Origin: Lama guanicoe
Taxonomy: Eukaryota
NCBI GenBank assembly: GCA_013239625.1
Contig: MU053754.1
Coordinates: 124,001-188,000, forward strand
Reading direction: 5' to 3'
DNA: 64,000 nt
The stretch's first letter is position 1. Each line of letters starts with the position of its first letter. The notes beneath the pieces were generated by a model. It was given only the letters and a program-made list of their open reading frames with translations, ran no database searches and was not told where the DNA came from. Positions 36,273 through 49,244 of the stretch are shown here, piece by piece. The position numbers and the translations under genes are program-made.

Positions 36273-37674
36273 TCGAGCTGAGATCTTACTATTATAATGA
36301 GGTGGTAATGTGCTGCAGGGCAACCTTTGTCCACTTTTGGAGCTGAACCGACTTGCACAGGTTATCTTTGGTTAGACTCTCCTTGTCCTGCGGTGTAAAC
36401 GCAGCTGGAAGACATGGTTGGTTTCCGTTTCTGCAAGTTTTCCTGGAGGCAGGGGCAGAAGTCTGGTTCCGGGGCAGGAGCCTCGGTAACAATACCTGGG
36501 AGGCTTGCCCGTGTCTGGCACTGGATAAAGAAACAGTCCGTTACCTTCCTTTTCCTTCTAACCTTCAGAGCCCTGCCAATCCTGGGACTATCTTCAGTTT
36601 TTTTTTTTGAAACGTGCTCTCCCCTCGAGCAGCACACCCATCCAGGGATCCTGCCTGATCTTGGCCCATACGTCCAGCTTAACAGACCGCGGACCATTTG
36701 TCCTGCGAGGCTCTGCTCTGCAGGTGCATTTGTGGTCAGCCACGGACGTGCTTCCCGCAGGAAGCCTTGAGGCAACCGCAGTGGGGAACACAGCACAGCG
36801 ATGACAGGTTCTCCCCCTATCCAAAAGTGGAGCGTTCCTGAGACACCATTTGTAAGCCAAAACGGTGCAAAGTGGGGAAGCAGTTCCTTAGGACACGTCT
36901 TGCCAACGGAGGCACTAAGTAAGCACAAAGCACAGGTGCTCACAGACTCAGCCCACAGCCCTGGCGGCAGGATGCTCAGATGCTGCGTGTGGTTAAACGG
37001 GAAGGAGCTCGGGGGGCCGCGCTCTCTCCACTGGGTGTGCGAGCTGCCTCTGTGACGGCTGCAGCCAAGCACATGCTGGACACACCTTAGCTTTTCACCT
37101 TTTTTTCGTAAAATCGAGAATCCTGTTAGGATTTCTTTTGATTGGCAAAAACAGGTACCAGTCTCAGGTCTCTCTCAAAAGCAAAGTGGCGTAAAGCGAA
37201 GTTTGGAAAGGCGAGGGGTGCGGAGTATACCGTTATCTAATTAACACGTCCTTCTAGTCAAATACTTTCAACCCATTAAATACTGACTCTAAGCTCTTAA
37301 GACTGTATTGTCTCTCTAATATACTGATGCTTATGATGAGTAAATTTGCTTAAGAGTAAACTCAGCTTGAGGCTTTTTTTTTTTTGAAGGAACAGTTGGC
37401 AGTCCTGTGAGCTCCATTTACAGATGTAACCCTGTCTTATTGCCTTGTCTTGAAAAACTCAGGCCACTGTATGCCATTAGCAATTATCTTGCACTCCTAA
37501 TAATTAGATTTAGTTCATTAACCTGGATGTCTTAGGTTTTTGGTTTTTTTTTTTTAATCACAAATTTTGCATTTACTGATGTCTAGAAACCTCAAAAAAC
37601 AAACAAACAAAACAAAACCCCTCAAACTGCTCTCATGCAGGGCCCTCGGTTTAATTTTCTTTCCCGTTTTCAAT

Positions 37675-38295
37675 TTTGGGGAAGAAACACTTTTCCTCTC
37701 TCGTTTTAGGTTCGTAATCTGGGAGGGTGTGCATTAAACAGAACAGAAGAAAGAGGGACAGGAGAAAAGACACACCATTTTTATTGGTATTTATGTGCAC
37801 AGAAAAGTAGTGAGACACAAAGAAATGGTTAGACTCCAGGCCTTATACACTGGTTTTTTTTGTTGTTGTTTGTTTCTTTTTTGTTTTAATGGGAGATGGT
37901 TTGGGCTCCAAGGGATGGTGAATTGTGGGAACCAGGAAATGGGTGATGAGCTAATGCAAGATGCAGGCTGTTTTAGGGGGAGGGTATAGCTCAAGTGGTA
38001 GAGTGCGTGCCTCACATGCACAAGGTGCTGGGTTCAATCTCCAGTATCTCCTCTAAAAGTAAATAAATAACCCTAATTAACCTCCTCCCTCAAAAAAGTT
38101 ACAGGCTGTTTTAGTAAGTTCTCTTTATACAAACTCATCTTGTTTTTCTTGATACGAGACACTGTCTCCCTGACGTGCGCCTGCTTCTAGGCAGGTAACT
38201 CTCCCTGCATCTCACGGTTCTCAAGTGCCTGTAGCTCAAACGAGGTCTTTCGGTGAACAGGGCATATTTGGGAGAGCTGTATTCTGACCCTCCTC
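37675..38295 (-). mobile_element. ERV1 LTR (MER34-like) interrupted by a SINE
   Basis: Reverse complement begins gagggtcagaatacagctctcccaaatatgcc...tttgagctacaggcacttgagaac...gatgcaggg...ctgcctagaagcagg. The left part has caaagaaatggttagac and ggtgaattgtggga. Confidence 0.7.
37977..38096 (+). mobile_element. vic-1-type SINE (GCTCAAGTGG variant) nested in the LTR
   Basis: GGGGAGGGTATAGCTCAAGTGGTAGAG...GGGTTCAATCTCCAG. Perfect TSD caggctgttttag at 37964-37976 and 38102-38114. Confidence 0.94.
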
Positions 38296-38329
38296 CCGTT
38301 TTTCCCTCTGTACACAGTTGGTAGCTGCA

Positions 38330-39370
38330 CACTCTGTTTTTAATCTTTCAATCAACATGCTAGGTATAAAAATCTACTGTGAATTAAAATCTTTCCTAAC
38401 ATTGGACTCTCTTAACTGTTCAGCTCCATGCATTAAACAGAACATCTTCTCCCCACTCCCCAAACAGCAGTGACACCTTTGCCCTAGATCAAGCAGGGGT
38501 CTCTTTCTGGACTCCCCAGTCTTTTGTGTCTGTCTGTTCTTGACCCACAACCACACCCTCCTAATTCCTGAGGCTTTACACCGAGAGTTTGAATATCACA
38601 TGGACAATGCCCAGCTCACATACAAAAATAGAGCTTGGACCAACCCAGAAGCCAAGCCAGAGTTTCTGCAGAAATTGACCCAGAATGTTCAGGACCTGGT
38701 CAGTGTCTGCCAGTTTCCCTAACGTCTCCCTTCTTCCAACTCAGAACCAGCTGGAGAAAGTCAAACAGGCCCTGTCTCCAAGTTCCTCATACAACAGCCT
38801 CCAATCAGAGCTCACCTGAAGCCTTCCCTGCGTTCCCTGGAAAGCTTTCCCACTTCCCTGCCTGCTTTGGCTGGGGGGGTGGGATCAGCTAAATGCAGAT
38901 ACTGGTGGCTGATTCCCTTTTGCCGTAGCAACCCGTCAATAAACAGCCTCTGCTCGTTCTCATTTAGAATTAGAGAATGTTTATTTCCACAGTTTTAATC
39001 CCAAAATGGAATAGTAAGTCTCCCATCTTTATTCTTCAAGAATGTCTTGGTTCTGCGAGGTCCTTTGAATTTCCACATACATTTTAAAACCAGCTTCTCC
39101 ATCTCCAGAAACCTCTGCTTGTTCTTTGGATTGGGATTTAATTCAACTGGGGTGGGGGGTGGGGGGGACAGCAGAAGTCTTAGTAATACTGAGTCTTCCA
39201 ATCCATGAAAATGGTATCTATTTCCATCCGTGTGTATCTTCTTAAATTTCTCTCAGCGGTATTTTGGAAGTTTTGGTGTAGAAATTTTATATATCTTCTC
39301 TTAAATTTATTCGAAGATACTTGATGGGTTTTTTTTGATGCTCTTATGAAGTGCACTTGAAAATTTAGAA
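38330..39370 (-). mobile_element. Old L1M ORF2 fragment split by an LTR
   Basis: ORF 38995-39201 contains FLEMEKLVLKCMWKFKGPRRTKTFLKNK..RLTIP, matching L1 ORF2 (ELEK.ILKF.W..K.PRIAK.IL). L1-like sequence resumes left of ~38600. Confidence 0.75.
38600..38991 (+). mobile_element. Probable ERV-class solo LTR inserted in L1M (family uncertain)
   Basis: Non-L1 block with CCAAT (ctccaatcag), a polyA signal aataaacagcc and a terminal ...tttatttccaca. Confidence 0.55.
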
Positions 39371-40751
39371 AGTTCTCTGATTCTCTAGATTTCTTGTGTA
39401 TTTCATAATTATGTGTGTTGAATGAGAGAGAATTCATATGCATTGGAACTGGAATATGATTTGCAGAAAGTCTGCATATTTAAATGATTTCTTCAGTGAT
39501 GGTCTGTGTTTGCGTCCACCAGGCACCTCCTGACACTTACAGATTTGTGGACGTTGTAAAGAAATTGTGACTTGGCCACACGGGTGGTGTAATTCCCGAT
39601 GACGAACTTACCGCGGAGGCTGTGATGGTTAGGGAGAGTTGGCTTTTTGCAAGAATTTCAAACGGCTCTTTCATTTTTCACACTGAATCCTTGGACTTCT
39701 GTCCTCAGCACAGAGACCCCCTGGCATGACAGATTTGCGGCAGCTGGAGACTGGAAGACATCTTTGGGGCAAGCAGACTTCCTCGTGTTAGTGAAGTCAT
39801 TTGTGGGCTTCCATAGTATTTGATTCTTAGTCACCAGCTCAGATTTGCCTTAAGGAAAAAAAATTTAAAAAGGATGCTTACATTTCATCTGTCATTTTAT
39901 AGTTTCTATACTGGGAGAGGTTGTTGCAACGGACAGTTGGAGCTAATGCTGGAAATGGAGGCTCTAGACTGTTAAAAATGTTCTTTAATTAATGGTGCTA
40001 AGTTTTGCAGTCAGTTAAGTAACCCTGTACCATGTCATTACTGGATTTCCCCCCTCCAATTTCTTCTTCCTTCTTTAATACTGGGGCTCTAAGTGAAAAG
40101 AAATGGTTGTACCCAGAACTAAAAAAAGATATTTATAAAACTGAAGAAAAATTATTGCCAGAATTTTCTTCTATAAAGAAGTTTGTTTGGATTTACATTT
40201 AGTAGTGTATATTACCAAAAAATATATATATATGTATATTTTTCTTACCTATGTGAGTAAAGGTAATTAGAAAAAGTTTTCACAAAATAATTTTTGTAGA
40301 AAGAGCTACACACCTGTAACAAATTAAAATGTGTAGAGTCTTTTGGACTTTAAAATTACATTGGAAATACGGAGAGATAGGCACATGTTGTTTATTTGAT
40401 GTTTTATAAAAATTTAGCAGCATTCTTCTTTATAGACAAAGATATCTTTATAGCCCACTGAGTTTTCTCTCTCTGGGTTCCAATAACAGTGGTGATTAAT
40501 CCGACAGCTCAGAACATTACCTCTTCAATGAATAATACCAGTGTTATAAATCATATTTTCATATTTTTATTTTCCGTTCACTGACTTTTCAAATATTTCT
40601 GGCCTAGAATACGTTCTTTGCCTGTATTTCTTTCAGCGTTTCTGTGAAATGTTCGCCAAGCCTTGTAAAGCCTGACAAATGGTGGAGAAGTTGGCTTTGC
40701 CTCTGGTGTCGTGAGGGGCAATGTGTGCATACTAGCATTTATATTATTCTG

Positions 40752-40812
40752 TTTCCTCCCCTCCCTCCCTCCCTCCCTCCTTCCCTTCCTCCTTCCAGCC
40801 TCTCTCCCTTTT
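40752..40812. repeat. (CCCT/CCTT)n pyrimidine tract
   Basis: cctccccctccctccctccctccctccttcccttcctccttcc-type run. Confidence 0.85.
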
Positions 40813-43117
40813 CCATCATCAGAACAAGAGGGGCGTTCACTGAGTAGCTCTAGGTCCATTGTGGTCTGGGTGCCATATTCAGGAGGCTGAGCCTCGCAGC
40901 CAGCTCATTCTGCTCTGTCGCGTGGTTAAAGCCTCCATCTACATCGTGGTTAGTGACCGTGGTCTCTGTTTCATTGGCTATAAAGTGCTTTTGTTGTATC
41001 AGTACACCACGGGCACAAATCACTCTTTTCTCCATCACGTGCCAAGGTGACGCACCTCCTCCAATGGGTAAGCACACAGGAGTGCACACTGTCTGCAGTT
41101 ACGCATACGGCACCTGCTAGGTGCTCAGACATCTGTGTCGTGGGTATATGTGACGTTGACTAGCCAAGGGTTTCCGGTCCTCACATAAACTTTTCTTTTC
41201 TTCCTAACTGGGGAAAAGAGGGGGCACTTCTCCGTGCCTGCTGTGTCCTGCCAATGGCTGACGTAGCACTGACAACTTCTCTTGCCTCTCACCTACTGCC
41301 TCCCTCCCACGCCCGTGAGAAGTGGAGTGACTTGCCTGAGTCCTCAGGGCCAGCATCGCCTTTTCTTCTTTCTCCTGGGAGCCAGCAGCCAAGAGGAAGC
41401 AGTCATGCTTCTCTGTTCTTACATGTTGTGGGTCGTGGAAGGGAAACCTAGCTCAGACCAGTGTTGCCTGGAGCTGAATGGGTGGGTCGGTATGGAGGGG
41501 TCAGTCCTAAACTGCCCCCAACCCTGACAAGACCCGCATGGTCTGTCATATCCATGTTAATAAAGGTGACATTTTGGGTCTCCATATACCTCATTTTTTT
41601 TCTTAATTGCTTCAGTATGGTATGTGGGTGGAAAAGTGGGGAGCTGTTAACTGGTCCCCTTTGACACCCAAAGAGGGAGCCTGGTTTCATGTGATTTTTT
41701 TCTTGAGAATCTTCTGGTAGGTGCCCAATAAGCATAACAAAGTGTAATTTTCATCCACAAATGTATCACACTATGAAGTTATGTGTTAGTATGTGTGTGA
41801 GCACACGGAAGACTGGGTACCTGTGTATTTCATTGCTACGATTCAAATGCTCACGTTATAAAGCGTATCCAACAAAACGATGCATTGATACTGCTGCCGA
41901 GACAGGAAACGCTCACTTGTGCCTTATGTAGAGTGGCAGATCTCTGATTCTTCTTCCTTCCATGGAATATAGTCAGCTAAGCCATAACCTGGCAGTGGCT
42001 TGCTTTCTTTTCATTTTGTTTCATTTATTATGTGTAAGTCACATCTTTAAGATTCAGTAAGCCTTAGAGTAAATTATATACAGTTTCATCAGTGACAAAA
42101 AGCATTGTGTATCTTGGTCAAAATGTCAGTTATCTAAATAAAACATGACGCTCAAATTATGTTTACGCAGAGGGCCGTGGGCCAGTAGGTTAGGGTGGAA
42201 ACGCAATTGGTTTAATAGAATCAACTGTGATTATGAATAAACTTTATAATCTGCAGCTCCTTGCTGTTTTGTTTGAAGTAACTTTTTGGAAACGTTGAAA
42301 ATCAGGCAAGTATGGGTTCAAAAATACCGAAATGTTGTAACTCTGGAATATTTGCTACCAGGTTAATAACTCCATGACTGTTGATGAGATGGGTAGGATC
42401 TGATTTCTCTTAAAACCTGAAAGTTAACTGACCTTCTCATTAAGATCCCTGAAAATAATTTGCAAACACTTTCTTACAGAGCAGAAAGTTAATTGCTTCC
42501 TCTCTTTTGAAAATCGCTCAGTACATTTTGTCCACTACAAATATCCTTCAAGTTTGTACCTCCTTTAATGGCAATGCTGTAGGACTTCAGTTGTTTGAAA
42601 TGACCTTGTGAAACAAAAGAGAAAACCAAATAGTGACCTAGCTTGCAGTGCTTGCCTTCACATCCCAGATCACATGTCTGAAAATCAATTCCTGGAAGCT
42701 GAATTCTAAGTGAATCCCTCAACTCTCTTAAATCTATGCTAATGAAGAGGGGAAATGCTAATGAGGATTCAGAGGGAAATGGTGGCCTTGGTTTCATGGG
42801 GATTTTACGTTTAACTTGGGTTTTACAACCAACTTCCCAGGGATGTTCAGCTTCAAGTGACATGAAATGAATTTTTCACCACCAAGAACATATTTAATTG
42901 GGCAGAAGTGGAGCGAAATCCAGGAGTTAGTGGACATTGCATTGGAGCAAATCCAGGGTCATCTTCTGTACGTGTCGTTTGCTTTTGAGAAAATGAAGTG
43001 GCTTAATTATTTTTGCTAGATAAGTGTTTTTCTGGCATACAGTTATTCATTGTGACTGTCCAATCCATACTGACTAGCTCTTCTCAGAAAATTAGAAGTG
43101 AACTAGTATCAATTCTT

Positions 43118-43172
43118 TATCTATCAACCTATCCATCTGTCCATCTATCCATCCATCATCCATCCATCCATC
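43118..43172. repeat. Imperfect (TCCA/TCTA)n
   Basis: ccatctgtccatctatccatccatcatccatccatcca. Confidence 0.85.
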
Positions 43173-43279
43173 TCTGAGTATCTGTCATCTTTGACAGCAG
43201 GAAGTTCCAGACACAACTGCCATGTTTTTTTCTATCTTTTCTCCACTCATTCCCATCTTGCCTTCCCCCCCCTAGAAAA

Positions 43280-44215
43280 ATCTGAATCCCACGTTTGGTA
43301 TTTATTTGTCACCTGTTTGTCTTTCAAATGTCGCTATGGGTCAAGCATCCACAAACAATACGCAGACTTGTTTTGCATGATGTAAAACTTTACGTAAATG
43401 GTACTGTATTCTGCACATCCTCTGGTACTTACCATTCCCTGCCTCCCTTCCTCCAGTTTTGTTCCAGATTTTTGTACGTTAATGTATGTTTAGTTGATTT
43501 CCTTTGATCTGCTACCCAAGTCTTTGAATGTCCAATACATGGTTGTATTTTTCTACTGATGGAAAATTAAGTTGGCTTCAGTTTTCTGCTGTTATAGGAG
43601 ATGCTTCAGGGAGCCTTCCTGTACAGGTCATTTTTTTCTTTCTTTTCTTTTCTTTTTTTTATTAAAGTATAGTTGATTTATAATGTGCTAGTTTCAGATG
43701 TACGGCAAAGTGATTCAGTTACATATATATATATATGTATATATATATAATATTCTTTTCATGTTCCCTTCCATTACAGGGGCTTTTCTGGTGCATGTCA
43801 TTTTGAACACAGATGTGAGTGCTTTATTTTGAACACAGATACGTATTATTGATACAAAATATTTTATATACTATATATTTATACAATAGGTGTCCTATAA
43901 TGTATCTTTCTATGTGCCTTAATTATATATTACTGCTACAAAACTTTCATCAGTTTTATAGACAGAAATTTAGAATCAACCATGCTTTATAGTTACATGT
44001 TTTGTTTCTTATTGGTTGTTCAAGTTATGACCAAAGAATTTATTTTGTAAGTTTGAGGTTATTAATGTATCAGTCATTTCCTTCTTGATTTGCGTTCTTT
44101 GTCCTGGTAAGGAAAACTTCTGCTACTCAACGCCATGACAGCATTTTAACATATTTTCTTCTAGACGTTTTAAAGTGTTGTTTTTCACATATGGGTACAA
44201 TGGGTTTTATTTTCC
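43280..44215 (-). mobile_element. Old L1M fragments with a younger L1 3' tip inserted at ~43630-43780
   Basis: Old part: ctactgatggaaaattaagttggcttcagttttctgctgttat and attttcttctagacgttttaaagtg. Young tip: attaaagtatagttgatttataatgtg...tgattcagttacatat. Confidence 0.65.
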
Positions 44216-44588
44216 TTCAGAACCATCTGGCTTCTGAACTCTTTAATTGTCCTCCAGTCAGATAATGAGTATGCAAGAAGCCTTATCAGAGTTGGAGAGC
44301 AGAAAATAAAATGTAGATAACAGCCTCAGGCTTCATCGCTGATACAAGGAAAGACAGTCACTGTTAACTCTGAAGTGTCCTTAACAACCTGAAAAGAAGC
44401 AGGCAGAGCCGTGAGACTAAGTTGAGGACAAGGAAAGCATTTTGATATGAGTTACCTGCCGTGTGCGAGCAGTCAGCACTCCAAAGCAGTGAGCTTGGAG
44501 GCGGCACATTTCCTGCTAATTCCACGTGCAAATCCCTCCTGTTGAAGCGTCTCGGACGTTTATGCTGAAGCCTCCTAGGAACTGTCCA

Positions 44589-44925
44589 TTTTTTTTTAAT
44601 GTTATTATTATTTTTTTAAATTGAAGTAGTCAGTTTACAATGTGTTGATTTCTGGTGTACAGCACAATGTCACAGTCATGCACATACATGCAAATACTCA
44701 TTTTCATATTCTTTTTCATTAAAGGTTATTGCAAGATATTGAATATGGTTCCCTGTGCCATACAGAAGAAATTTGTTTTTTAATCTGTTTTTGTATATAG
44801 TGGCTAACATTTGCAAATCTCAAACTCCCCGATTTATCCCTTCCTACCCTCTTTTTCCCCAGTAACCATGAGATTGTTGAGCATGTCTGTGAGTGTGTTA
44901 ATGTTTTGTAGATGAGTTCATCAGT
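44589..44925 (-). mobile_element. Camelid L1 3'UTR fragment
   Basis: aattgaagtagtcagtttacaatgtg...cattaaaggttattgcaagatattgaatatggttccctgtgccatacagaagaaatttg...gatgagttcat. Confidence 0.9.
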
Positions 44926-45472
44926 GCTCCTAGGGCCTTTCTTAAGCCTCTCAAGCCAACAGAAGGGACCAATGATGCCTCGGTATATCCTAATACCAAG
45001 ATAATGCATCTCCCTTCCCCAGCCCATCATAACCGGCGGAGGGGGGCTGAGCTGAACACACGCCACAGTAACTAAGCTTGGTTTCTTTCTCTTCGATGTT
45101 ACGTACACCGACATTTTGTTTCACAGATTATTCTGTGTCATTGCTCTGAATCAGTTTACCAGGGTCTGATCAATGCTGGTGAATAGATACAAATTGTATT
45201 TTTGAGCCTGTCCACACTGTACTGACCCAAGAGCAGAGGTGACTGTATTAGCCAATGGAGATGCTACCCTTTCTTGCCACCTCGGCCACTGATCAGAACC
45301 AGATGGAAGTATCGAGAGGTGGGCACGCAGAACGGGCCAGAGGGGTCTGCTGGGAACACGTAAGCAGCGATAGCATTGTCTGGAATGGTCACTCAGTGTT
45401 CCTTGGACTGAAGATGCGTTTGTGTAGGGACCTTTCAATGATGTGATCTGTGGCAAATCGAAGACTTCAAAC

Positions 45473-45532
45473 AGAAGGAAGGGAGGAGGGGAGGAAGAGA
45501 GGAAGGAAGGAAGGAGGAAAGAGAGAGGAAGG
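45473..45532. repeat. Purine-rich (GGAA/GGAG)n tract
   Basis: agaaggaagggaggaggggaggaagagaggaaggaaggaaggaggaaagagagaggaagg. Confidence 0.85.
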
Positions 45533-46117
45533 CAGACCAGAAATCCATCTCCATCCCAAATATACCTTGCAAAGAAAATAATTGCTCAGCAATCATCCTT
45601 GAAGAAAATTTCCTAATCACAGAAGGTCCTTTTAAAAGCAGATTCCATCAGCCATGTGTGGTTGATCAAAGCTGGCGTTTGTAGGAAGGAAGGAGGCTGA
45701 TCAGAAAAGACAGAGGGGACTTGATTTGGGGGAAGTTATTGAAGAGATTTATGTGGTGGCAGAAATGGTTATAACTTGGGAAGCAGCCAGAAAACGCTGA
45801 ATCGGAGAGATTATAATATAATCAATACTCCAGGGAACAGGTTGCCCCAGAAGAAAACTACATTTTGTGAAGCGTGGTGCAAAAGCAGTGACAGCGTTTC
45901 AGTTGGAGAAGAATTCAGAAGCTCAATATTTTTCCCCAATAAAGAGTTTTCACAATTGATTGTTCAGTCACATACTTGGATGGATTTTTACCTTGATGAC
46001 CTTTAATATTATCATTATTACAGAATAGACACTGTTCTAGCAATTAGATACAAGGGCTGTTTCATTTCTGCAGTGTTCTTAACTAGTCAGTCCTTGTCAG
46101 CGTTTGGCATGGCAGGG

Positions 46118-46344
46118 CAGGAAGTGGAAAATTACAGCTCGTGGGCCAAATCCTGTCCACCACCTGCTTCTGTAAATAAAGTTTTATTGAACACGAGGGT
46201 GCCCGTTTCCTTTATGTATTGTCCATGCGTGTGTGCTTTTGTGCACCAGAGCAGAGACATGTACTTGCCACAGAGACCTTACCAACCACTAAGAATAAAT
46301 TATTTACTATCTGGCCTTTTGTGGAGAAAGTTTGCTAACCCCTA
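46118..46344 (+). mobile_element. MER58A (hAT-Charlie)
   Basis: gtgggccaaatcc...tgtaaataaagttttattgaacac...atgtattgtccatg...cagagacc...atttactatctggccttttgtggagaaagtttgctaacccct. Confidence 0.88.
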
Positions 46345-46661
46345 TATTAGGGTGTAGGGGAGTTCCACGATCTTCAGCACCCCTTCCTTCCTCAACTGCT
46401 CTTTCCAGACTTCTGCGAAAGTATAAAAGGTCAGAATTGATTTCAAGAAAGACAGCATGTTCTATTGTCTAATCTTTTCTTTAAAAGTCTCCAAACTGCG
46501 TAGTGAAAAAAGAAAGAATAAAAACCACATGCAGCTCTAAATAGTGATTTATCTCTGGGTGATAAAGTGATAGATGAATTTTATTTTATTCTTGCTACAT
46601 GTATACAGTTTCCAAGCATTTTAGCAATAAACTTGGGAGAATACCGTCTGTAATAAAAAAG

Positions 46662-47120
46662 TTTTTTATTTTTATTTTATCTATTTTTTTATTGAAGTGT
46701 AGTTGGTTTACAATGTTGTGTTAACTTCTGGTGTGCAGCATAGTGATTCTGATATATATATATATATTTCTTTTCATATTCTTCTTCATTATAGATTATT
46801 ACTAGATATTGAATGTAGTTCCCAGTGCTGTACAGTAGGACCTTGTTGTTTATCTATTTTGTATAAAGTAGTTTGTATCAGCCAATCCCACACTCCTAAT
46901 TTGTCCCTCCCCCACACCGCTTTCCCCGTTGGTAGCCCTAAATTTGTTTGCTATGTCTGTGAGTCTGTTTCTGTTTGGTAGATAAATTCATTTGTGCCTT
47001 TTTTTTTTTTTTGAGATTCCACTTCTAAGTGATATCATATATGGTATTTGTCTTTGTCTGACTTACGTCACTTAATATGACAGTCTTTTGGTCCAGCCGT
47101 GTTGCTGCAAATGGCATAAT
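46662..47120 (-). mobile_element. L1 3' end (older artiodactyl-type 3'UTR)
   Basis: attgaagtgtagttggtttacaatgttgtg...gtacagtaggaccttgttgtttatc...gagattccac...gttgctgcaaatggcat. Confidence 0.9.
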
Positions 47121-47271
47121 ACTATATATTTTTAAAACCTACAAACTCACGGAAATGTCAGACAATTCATTTTCCCCAATCAGTAGGTGCTGGGGTTGGG
47201 TTTTGGACAGAAACCGACGTTTAATGAGCATCTTCAGTGTTAAGAAAAAGTTACATATCATCCCGCAAGCA

Positions 47272-47427
47272 TTCTTTTTTTAACTTAATTTATTTTTTTA
47301 AGTTTTTTGGGGGGGTGAGTAATTTGGTTCATTTATTTTTTAATGGAGGTACTGGGGATTGAACCCAGGACCTCTTGAGTGCTAGGCATGCAGTCTACCA
47401 CTGAACTATACCTTTCCTCCCCGCCAG
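47272..47427 (-). mobile_element. vic-1-type SINE
   Basis: ggaggtactggggattgaacccaggacc...ctaccactgaactatacc. TSD cccRcaagca at 47262-47271 and 47428-47437. Confidence 0.92.
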
Positions 47428-47442
47428 CCCACAAGCAAGTTT

Positions 47443-48216
47443 TGATACTGCGATTTGCAGTGAGAAATATATTTCTGGTCTTTGCTGTGACTGAGCTCCG
47501 GAAACTTTTGGAATTTCCTAAGTGATGAGAGCAATCAAGGTGTTTTCATGTAAATGATGTGACTTTGGAAATGCACCTAGGGATGGGGGCTGGTAGCCAA
47601 CCCTCAATAATAATAATAATAGAGAGAACTTTCAGTCCCACCCCTGGACCTGTGGGAGGGGAGAGGGGCTGGAGGCTGAATTAGTGGCCAGTGATTTCGT
47701 CAGTCAGGCCTATATAATGAATCCTCCTTAAAAAACCGGAAAGGAGGGGGTTTGGAGAATTTCCGGGTTGGTGAACACGTGGCGAACTGGGGAGAATGGC
47801 GACCTGGAGAGAGCCTGGAAGGTCCCGGCCCTCTGCGTCCCTTCCATTTGCTGGTTTCCGAGATAATCTCCTTTCACCATGAGCCTGTGATCTCGTAAGT
47901 AAATGTTCCTCTGACTTCTGTGGGCTGCTCTGGCCAATTAATCAAACCCAGGGGAGGGGATTGTTGGAACCTCTGGTCTGTAGCCAGTTTGTCAGAACCA
48001 CAGGTGACACCCTGGACTTGCAGTTTGTCCTCTGAAGTTTCGAGTGGGTAGGATGGGGGACAGTGTAGCAGAATTGAGCCCTGAACCTCCTATCCGACCG
48101 TATCTCCTGTGGATAGTATCAGAACTCAGCTGAATTGTAGGACACCCAGCTGGGGGTCTGAGAATTGCTTGGTAGCTTGGAGAAACCCCCACACGGCTTA
48201 GAATTGGTGAGCAGAA
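47443..48216 (+). mobile_element. MER21-family LTR
   Basis: ggaatttcctaagtgat...gggatgggggctggt...aactttcagtcccaccc...gggaggggagaggggctggag...gggttggtgaacac...aattaatcaaaccc...tgaattgtaggacacccagctgg. Confidence 0.85.
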
Positions 48217-48415
48217 TATTCCGATAGTTTCCTGGGTTAAGTGCTCTTACTTCAGAAGGCTCGCATAAGGTTTCCAGCACAGCTCTGTTTGTGAGGGAAG
48301 GAGTGTGGTTTGGATACAAAACTAGCTTTAAAGCTCATGGTCTTTTCAATATTTCACCTGTAAAACTTACCAAGTTCTAAGTGCATGGGAAACTTCAGGA
48401 AGCGCATACAGATAA

Positions 48416-48556
48416 GGGGGAGCGTACAGCTCAGGCAATAAAAGCGCATGCTTCGCGTGCACAAGGTCCTGGGGTCAATCCCCAGGTCCTCCATCGAAAA
48501 ACTAAATAAATAAATATAACTACATCCCTCTTGCAAAAAAAAAGAAAAAGGAAAAA
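48416..48556 (+). mobile_element. Diverged vic-1-type SINE
   Basis: GGGGGAGCGTACAGCTCAGG...GCACAAGGTCCTGGGGTCAATCCCCAGG plus A-rich tail. Degenerate TSD agcgcatacagataa / agtgtatacaaataa. Confidence 0.85.
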
Positions 48557-49024
48557 GCAGTGTATACAAATAATATGTCGCCAACACAAGAGCACAGCAG
48601 TGTGCTGTTGGGGCGCTATATATTGTAAGAAAAAATATATTTCCAAATAAATATGCTGCCACATAATAGGTCACAGAGTAACTGAAGTCATTTTAGGGTG
48701 GTAATCTCCATTACAAATGTGTCTCGTAGGTGGCCATCCATATTCATAACTAAATAATTGAAGGTTTTTTTAATACACATTTGATGATGGGCTCTGTTTT
48801 CACAAGTGCCTGAATTAGGTCAGGTGCTGGCCTCATGTACTTAAAATAACATGAATAGGATGATTTCCTGGAATAGCTGTTACCTCATTTTCTTCTGTTC
48901 GATTCTAGCTCTGTGAGATTGTGTCCTCTGGCCGACGGCTAAGTGCATTGGAACTTGCAGGCGATCTGACTGATTTTCATGCCCCAGACCCTTTGCCAGA
49001 TGGTGGTTCTCTGAATGTTGAGAA

Positions 49025-49244
49025 GAGGTGTTACTGCATGGCTTTTCTGGGGACGCTGTTTGGCAAGGGGTGATGAACTCATTTTTGGTTGTTACCATTG
49101 GAGGGAGGTGGTGGTACTGTCACCTGGTGGGTCAAGGGCAGAGGTATTGCCCAGAGTGCCCAGGACACCCCCCCACCCCACACCAAAGAATTATCCAGCC
49201 CCAGAGTGCGAGCGGCTGGAAAGTGCCAAGGCTGGGAAAGCCTG
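49025..49244 (+). mobile_element. MER20 (second copy)
   Basis: tttggcaagg...catttttggttgttac...caggacacccccc...caaagaattatccagccc...agtgccaaggctgggaaagcctg. Confidence 0.8.

Noticed and set aside
36362..37072. Longest ORF in the track (236 aa, minus strand)
   Set aside because: No recognisable domain, composition typical of a chance ORF in GC-richer DNA, overlapped by ORFs in other frames.
39149..39167. G-run tract (potential G-quadruplex)
   Set aside because: Lies within a decayed L1 and looks like homopolymer expansion, with no supporting context.
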